Origin: Candidatus Multivoradales bacterium | GTDB lineage: Bacteria > Acidobacteriota > Thermoanaerobaculia > Multivoradales > JAHEKO01 | NCBI GenBank assembly: GCA_965248055.1 | Contig: CBDFIJ010000004.1 | Span: 1,344,001 to 1,408,000 of the forward strand | Length of the DNA stretch: 64,000 nucleotides | Reading direction: 5' to 3' | In this document: positions 60,801 to 64,000 of the stretch, in pieces | Numbering within the stretch: the first letter of the stretch is position 1 | Layout of the letters: each line of letters starts with the position of its first letter | Notes under the pieces: model-generated | Told to the model about the DNA's origin: nothing | Seen by the model: only the letters and a program-made list of their open reading frames with translations | The model's database searches: none | Position numbers and translations under genes: made by a program

Positions 60801-63800
60801 TCCATCCGAGGCTCGATAGGCTCGGTTCTCGGCCACACGCACCTGCTCTTCCCCTTGGGTCGGTGTCCAGGGCAGGTCGAGATAGTTGTAGCGCCAAGTC
60901 TGGTAGACCTTGCCCAAGCCAGGTCCGTTGGCGATGTCGTACTTAGTCTGCGTCACCGCGCGATTGCCGTTGTTGGCATCGCGGACAAAAGTCAGCCTCC
61001 CCAACCAGTCGTATTCAAAGCTGACATTGACTCTACCGTCATTCTTGGAGTCCACTTGACCACGCGAGTTGTAGGAACCGTAACTCACCGTACCGTTTCC
61101 CGTAGCACCGATCTCGGGATGGACCTCGGAAAGAATATTACCCAGGTTGTTGTAGCTGAAGGTCCGGGTTTGCGTCACGGTGCCCGAAACATCCTGATCC
61201 ACTTGGGTCAGGTTGCCGTTGACATCGTACTGGTAGGCGGTTTCCACCAATCGGTTGGTGTCGTTGGCATCCGAGTACTCTTCAACCCTGGTGGTGCGGC
61301 CAAAGCCATCTCGATGACTGTATTTCGGAATCCACTGGTAGCCCACTCCGGTGATAAAGGTCCGGGTTTCGGCCTTAACTGTGCGATCCCCGGTGAAAGT
61401 GGTCTTGATGTCGTAATTCGACCCTTCAGGTGGTCGAACCGTGGTCGCTCGACCAAACGCATCGTAATTCAAATATTGAGTCGTCTGAGTGAGGTCCCCC
61501 ATATTGGAGCGCGTCGACAACCAGCCGCGAGCGTTGTAGGTGGTTTCACTCTCTGCCCACACCCCTCCAGCTTCGGCGTGGCGTTGCTTCCACGGACGAC
61601 CAAAGTCATCAAACCAGGTCTCGTTCTGATCAAACACCCCTCCCCCAGACCACTTCTTGGCCGAGTTGACCTTGGCTGGGGTAGTTGCAGTCGGGGCGGA
61701 GTAGCTGTAGTCCACATAAGCCCCACTGGGCAGTGTGGTCTTCGTCGCTCGGCCCAGACTGTCGTAGGAAAAGGTGGTGGCGAGCAGGTTGGGGTCACGG
61801 CTGGTTTTCACCAAACCGGTCGAAGCATCCAAGGTTACGTCGTAGGTCAACCAAGCTCCCGCGGTGCCATCCGGCTGATAAGGGCGTGAGGTCTTGCGTA
61901 CTCCGCTTTCATAAGTGTGCTTGACCCAAGATTCCGGCTGGGAGGGCAAGTTGCTGCAAACAGAAGTGGTATCCAGTGTCTGTTGATCTCCACCATAAGT
62001 CTTGGCCTCGGCGACTTCACCACCGGTGGTGTGCGTGCCGCGCGCTGGTGGAGTAAAGACACTAACTACATCGTGGGTACTCTTGCCGGCCCCGGTACGA
62101 CTTTGGCGAGAGCATTCCAAGAACCCTGTATTGCTATCAAATTGATAAAAGCCGCGGGTGTACAGCTCTCCTGTTGCGCCGACTTCATTGCTCTGGGTGT
62201 ATTCAAAGGTGCCCAGAATCCAGTTGTCCGACGGGGTCGGAGGTGCCCAGCTGCCGTTGGTGTATTGCACGTTGTTGGCGATCTTGTCGTACTGTGTTTT
62301 GGCGATCCGATCTTTAACCACACTGGTGTTGTCATTAAAGTTGTGCTTGGTGGTCACCGTGCGCCAGTGCCCCAAACCATCGTCATTGGCACTATTGGAG
62401 TCGATATAACGATCGCCGTCATCATGGTAAATCACTCGGCTGTCTTCGACTCGGCGATTGGTCGAAGTCCATTGCGATTGGTCGGTGGTGCCGGAAGTGG
62501 GCAGTACGTCGTGGCGGTAGCTTACGTAGGTAGATCGTAGCTTGGTGCCCGAGCACTGACCGTTAGAGGCATGGGAAGCCGACCAGATCTCGGACGACAA
62601 GTACTTGCCGTCCACCTGAGCCGCTCGCGGAGAGAATGGCAAGCCATACTCCCAGCCTTTTCCTTGACTCCCGACCACATGTTGGCCATTGAAGTAGTGC
62701 TTGGTGCACTCTCCGGTCGGCTGCTGCACCCAGGAGATGGTCTCTGCAGCTTCGGTTGAAGTCTTGGCGTAGTAGGTTGATTTGTAGTTCCAGGTCCCTA
62801 GTACGTTCCCTGAGCTATCTAACATCTCGCGCTTGCCCACACCCGCGGTGGTGTTCCAAGGGGCGGACCCAGCAAAGGTGTTCTCTTGGATTGTCCAAGC
62901 GTAGGCACCGCCGGTTGGCAGGATGAGTTTCTCCAAGAAACCAGGGGCATCGTCCGCACCACCACATAGATTTTCGTAGGTCATAACCCCGTTCTCGATC
63001 ATCTTGTACGAGGTGCCGTCGGGCAGGTTGATTTGCTTCAAATGGGGTAACGGTTCACGGGTACTATTTGATGGATAGTTGTCCTTGCAAGAACGGTTGA
63101 CGTGTTTGTCCCAGTAATCGAGAGTGTAGATGGCTCGCTGGCCGTTGTACGACTCCAAATCTACCTTGGTTACCACCCCTGGCAGGGTGTGCCAATGGTA
63201 GAGGTTGTAGAACGTTAGGTAGTTCTTACGGTTATAGCGATCTTCAAAAGTCCAGATACTGTAGCCGTTGGCGTCAAACGCTGAGCGAGTCACCGTCATG
63301 TCGGGATCGGACGCTGAACCATACGCATTCCACACCTTGGTCAAGTTGTAAGTAGCGCTGGGACCACACCAATCGCCTTTGAATTGCCGAGTCGTACCGT
63401 CGGAGAACTCTATGTTCGCCGTCAGGCAGTCCACATCTTTGAGACGGAGATAACTCCCGTCGCGAGTGTAGAACGTCGATGAATCGCTGTCCAAATGGGT
63501 GCGATCAAAGTCGTTCCAAAAAGTATGGGTACCACCGAATTGGTCGATGTAGAGCCATTTGCCGGTTGAGTTAGACGGATGGGTAGGTTTGTAAAGCTCG
63601 CCTACCCCGACATGCCAACCAATACCACCAGTCCTTCTTCGCAGAGGAACCGCTTGGGTGTAGACGTTGCCATTCTCGACAATCGTCTCGTAGTCCCAAG
63701 TGTTGGAGTTATAAGTGATCGAGAAGGGGCCAAGGGGAATCGTTACGCTCAACGAGCCCGACATGACATCGACGTTGTCGATCTGACCTACTTCAAACAC

Positions 63801-63944
63801 TGATTCCGGCTTGTAGCCAAGGGGATGGTTGGGGTGCATTGCACCGGCGGGTGAGGTGAGACCCAAAGCAGCGAGGATCATCAAACAGGTCCCGGCCCCA
63901 CAAACCCCCGCCCGCCGGGATGACCGGACTTTCGCCACAGTCAT
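57837..63944 (-). CDS. Full-length Rhs/YD-repeat polymorphic toxin with signal peptide, Ig-like and PKD domains, and an Ntox44-like tip
   Basis: AAGGAGGT RBS; YD repeats; KFTGHERD...NPIRMLDPNG; tip KWNFR...GNFAFG...PYGDN..D...I..G. Confidence 0.93.
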   Translation of the reverse strand: MTVAKVRSSRRAGVCGAGTCLMILAALGLTSPAGAMHPNHPLGYKPESVFEVGQIDNVDVMSGSLSVTIPLGPFSITYNSNTWDYETIVENGNVYTQAVPLRRRTGGIGWHVGVGELYKPTHPSNSTGKWLYIDQFGGTHTFWNDFDRTHLDSDSSTFYTRDGSYLRLKDVDCLTANIEFSDGTTRQFKGDWCGPSATYNLTKVWNAYGSASDPDMTVTRSAFDANGYSIWTFEDRYNRKNYLTFYNLYHWHTLPGVVTKVDLESYNGQRAIYTLDYWDKHVNRSCKDNYPSNSTREPLPHLKQINLPDGTSYKMIENGVMTYENLCGGADDAPGFLEKLILPTGGAYAWTIQENTFAGSAPWNTTAGVGKREMLDSSGNVLGTWNYKSTYYAKTSTEAAETISWVQQPTGECTKHYFNGQHVVGSQGKGWEYGLPFSPRAAQVDGKYLSSEIWSASHASNGQCSGTKLRSTYVSYRHDVLPTSGTTDQSQWTSTNRRVEDSRVIYHDDGDRYIDSNSANDDGLGHWRTVTTKHNFNDNTSVVKDRIAKTQYDKIANNVQYTNGSWAPPTPSDNWILGTFEYTQSNEVGATGELYTRGFYQFDSNTGFLECSRQSRTGAGKSTHDVVSVFTPPARGTHTTGGEVAEAKTYGGDQQTLDTTSVCSNLPSQPESWVKHTYESGVRKTSRPYQPDGTAGAWLTYDVTLDASTGLVKTSRDPNLLATTFSYDSLGRATKTTLPSGAYVDYSYSAPTATTPAKVNSAKKWSGGGVFDQNETWFDDFGRPWKQRHAEAGGVWAESETTYNARGWLSTRSNMGDLTQTTQYLNYDAFGRATTVRPPEGSNYDIKTTFTGDRTVKAETRTFITGVGYQWIPKYSHRDGFGRTTRVEEYSDANDTNRLVETAYQYDVNGNLTQVDQDVSGTVTQTRTFSYNNLGNILSEVHPEIGATGNGTVSYGSYNSRGQVDSKNDGRVNVSFEYDWLGRLTFVRDANNGNRAVTQTKYDIANGPGLGKVYQTWRYNYLDLPWTPTQGEEQVRVAENRAYRASDGAMSVKSTYVFANLDSTRTGGRQRFQLNMNPNAWGLNDGLTYPRCMEASCSSLGTDGQVVDTDWSNGRILRVKNWTGDLSYHPSGSWSEIPHLNGSSDFHDVHANNNGRTNRLYTLNPGNLWNTGSYSYDGSGNIVQIGDAVSSPGTAPPAISQNPASSSLAAGANASFSCAASGSAPISYQWQKNSASLWSDLANGGRVSGASTSTLTLTGVITSDVASYRCVATNAGGSIGSNAGSLTLTSQLALPVADLSLDGFSPTPVWSMTDDDTNVTKSQKSSGVTDSFRVRMAGLTDPGVHSGHKVYLTGNVENGTSKGVRLYIMAPNNTVLNWTTITLDTVMRRHTYSLSSTVAAALTNYADLRLQFTKWHTNGDPTTVVIKKVEFKAPAAGSNAAPSACFSSSSTSATVGQNITFDGNCSSDPNGQALSSTWDFGDGTGASGLSTSHTYASAGNYNVTLTVSDSTYAQTKIVTIVVTDPLANQIAPDLYRYDKINRLTQAFVRDPTGGTTQQDYTYDVFGNMTNVFTKPPGQTGSNTVIAVNPDTNRLSVAGYDASGNMTTWGSDGYEYDTANNMVSQDGRWYFIYNSAGERVATIDWQGSIATREVDYTIRGPSNQVLSTFKLVGEDQSGNWTHEMDYIWMGRRLLGTQDGSGTKQHYHTDHLGSIRLVTDDLGNKVSEHEYLPYGQEITAAGNGVMKFTGHERDADTGMDYMHARFYTGHLGRFMGVDSVLGDVGGRGGSWNRYQYGLGNPIRMLDPNGLDECPAGQMNVEGFCTDSTYVENVIVTAPRYTTSTITVGRPLNNATFNQSIDNGCDILTDPLCKEGWGVEKSGKSLPAGMLKKIKKRCESLLPEGMSVGGANAISNEISSDIENGPGGAVAAYLNAAQNLAPTQHDIGNKWNFRVSNPSLGNSTATAMGNFAFGVATRELGIPLWLAGQIGGMDQIIQGKPNQEGTPLLEAPYGDNRVDYDQIKNGQQYVKGGCVGIQ

Positions 63945-64000
63945 TGGGCACCTCCTTCTTCGGAGGTACCTACTTCTACGGCGCCTACCTCACTGGCCCC

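Noticed and set aside
60558-61889. Long antisense ORFs (60558-61889, 24140-24892, 32534-33280 and others)
   Set aside because: They are shadow frames of well-supported genes on the opposite strand in GC-rich DNA

Overview
A GC-rich bacterial window with two halves. Bases 1-35040 are ordinary chromosome: peptidases, an ECF sigma/anti-sigma pair, tdk, an IscA-type protein, aquaporin, arfB, an AtuA/acyl-CoA carboxylase cluster, moaD/moaE/moeB, gdhA and a rhomboid. This half also holds several broken genes, a TIR gene with a decayed attC site, a NYN nuclease behind a structured leader, and two tandem-repeat tracts. Bases 35041-63944 are a heavily rearranged Rhs polymorphic-toxin island. It has one intact 2035-aa signal-peptide Rhs (Ig and PKD inserts, Ntox44-like tip) and a string of orphan toxin-tip/immunity cassettes, all on the minus strand. 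These are interleaved with six copies or fragments of a RAYT-like HUH (Y1) transposase on the plus strand, three IS256 copies and one IS1111-type IS110. The main signal is about 27 co-oriented short sites (25 with the core TGG(C/G/A)ACC, 2 clipped to TGCACC) related to the RAYT element's own end, which sit at most cassette and fragment junctions. Upstream arms and short stuttered downstream tails are swapped exactly at that core, and most immunity genes are preserved up to the site. This suggests a RAYT/HUH-driven toxin-immunity cassette shuffling system. The IS1111 element is inserted precisely in one RAYT end, and its non-coding 3' region has guide-like matches to target and donor. All protein calls are by motif recognition only. 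Misassembly in the repeat-rich island cannot be excluded without reads.
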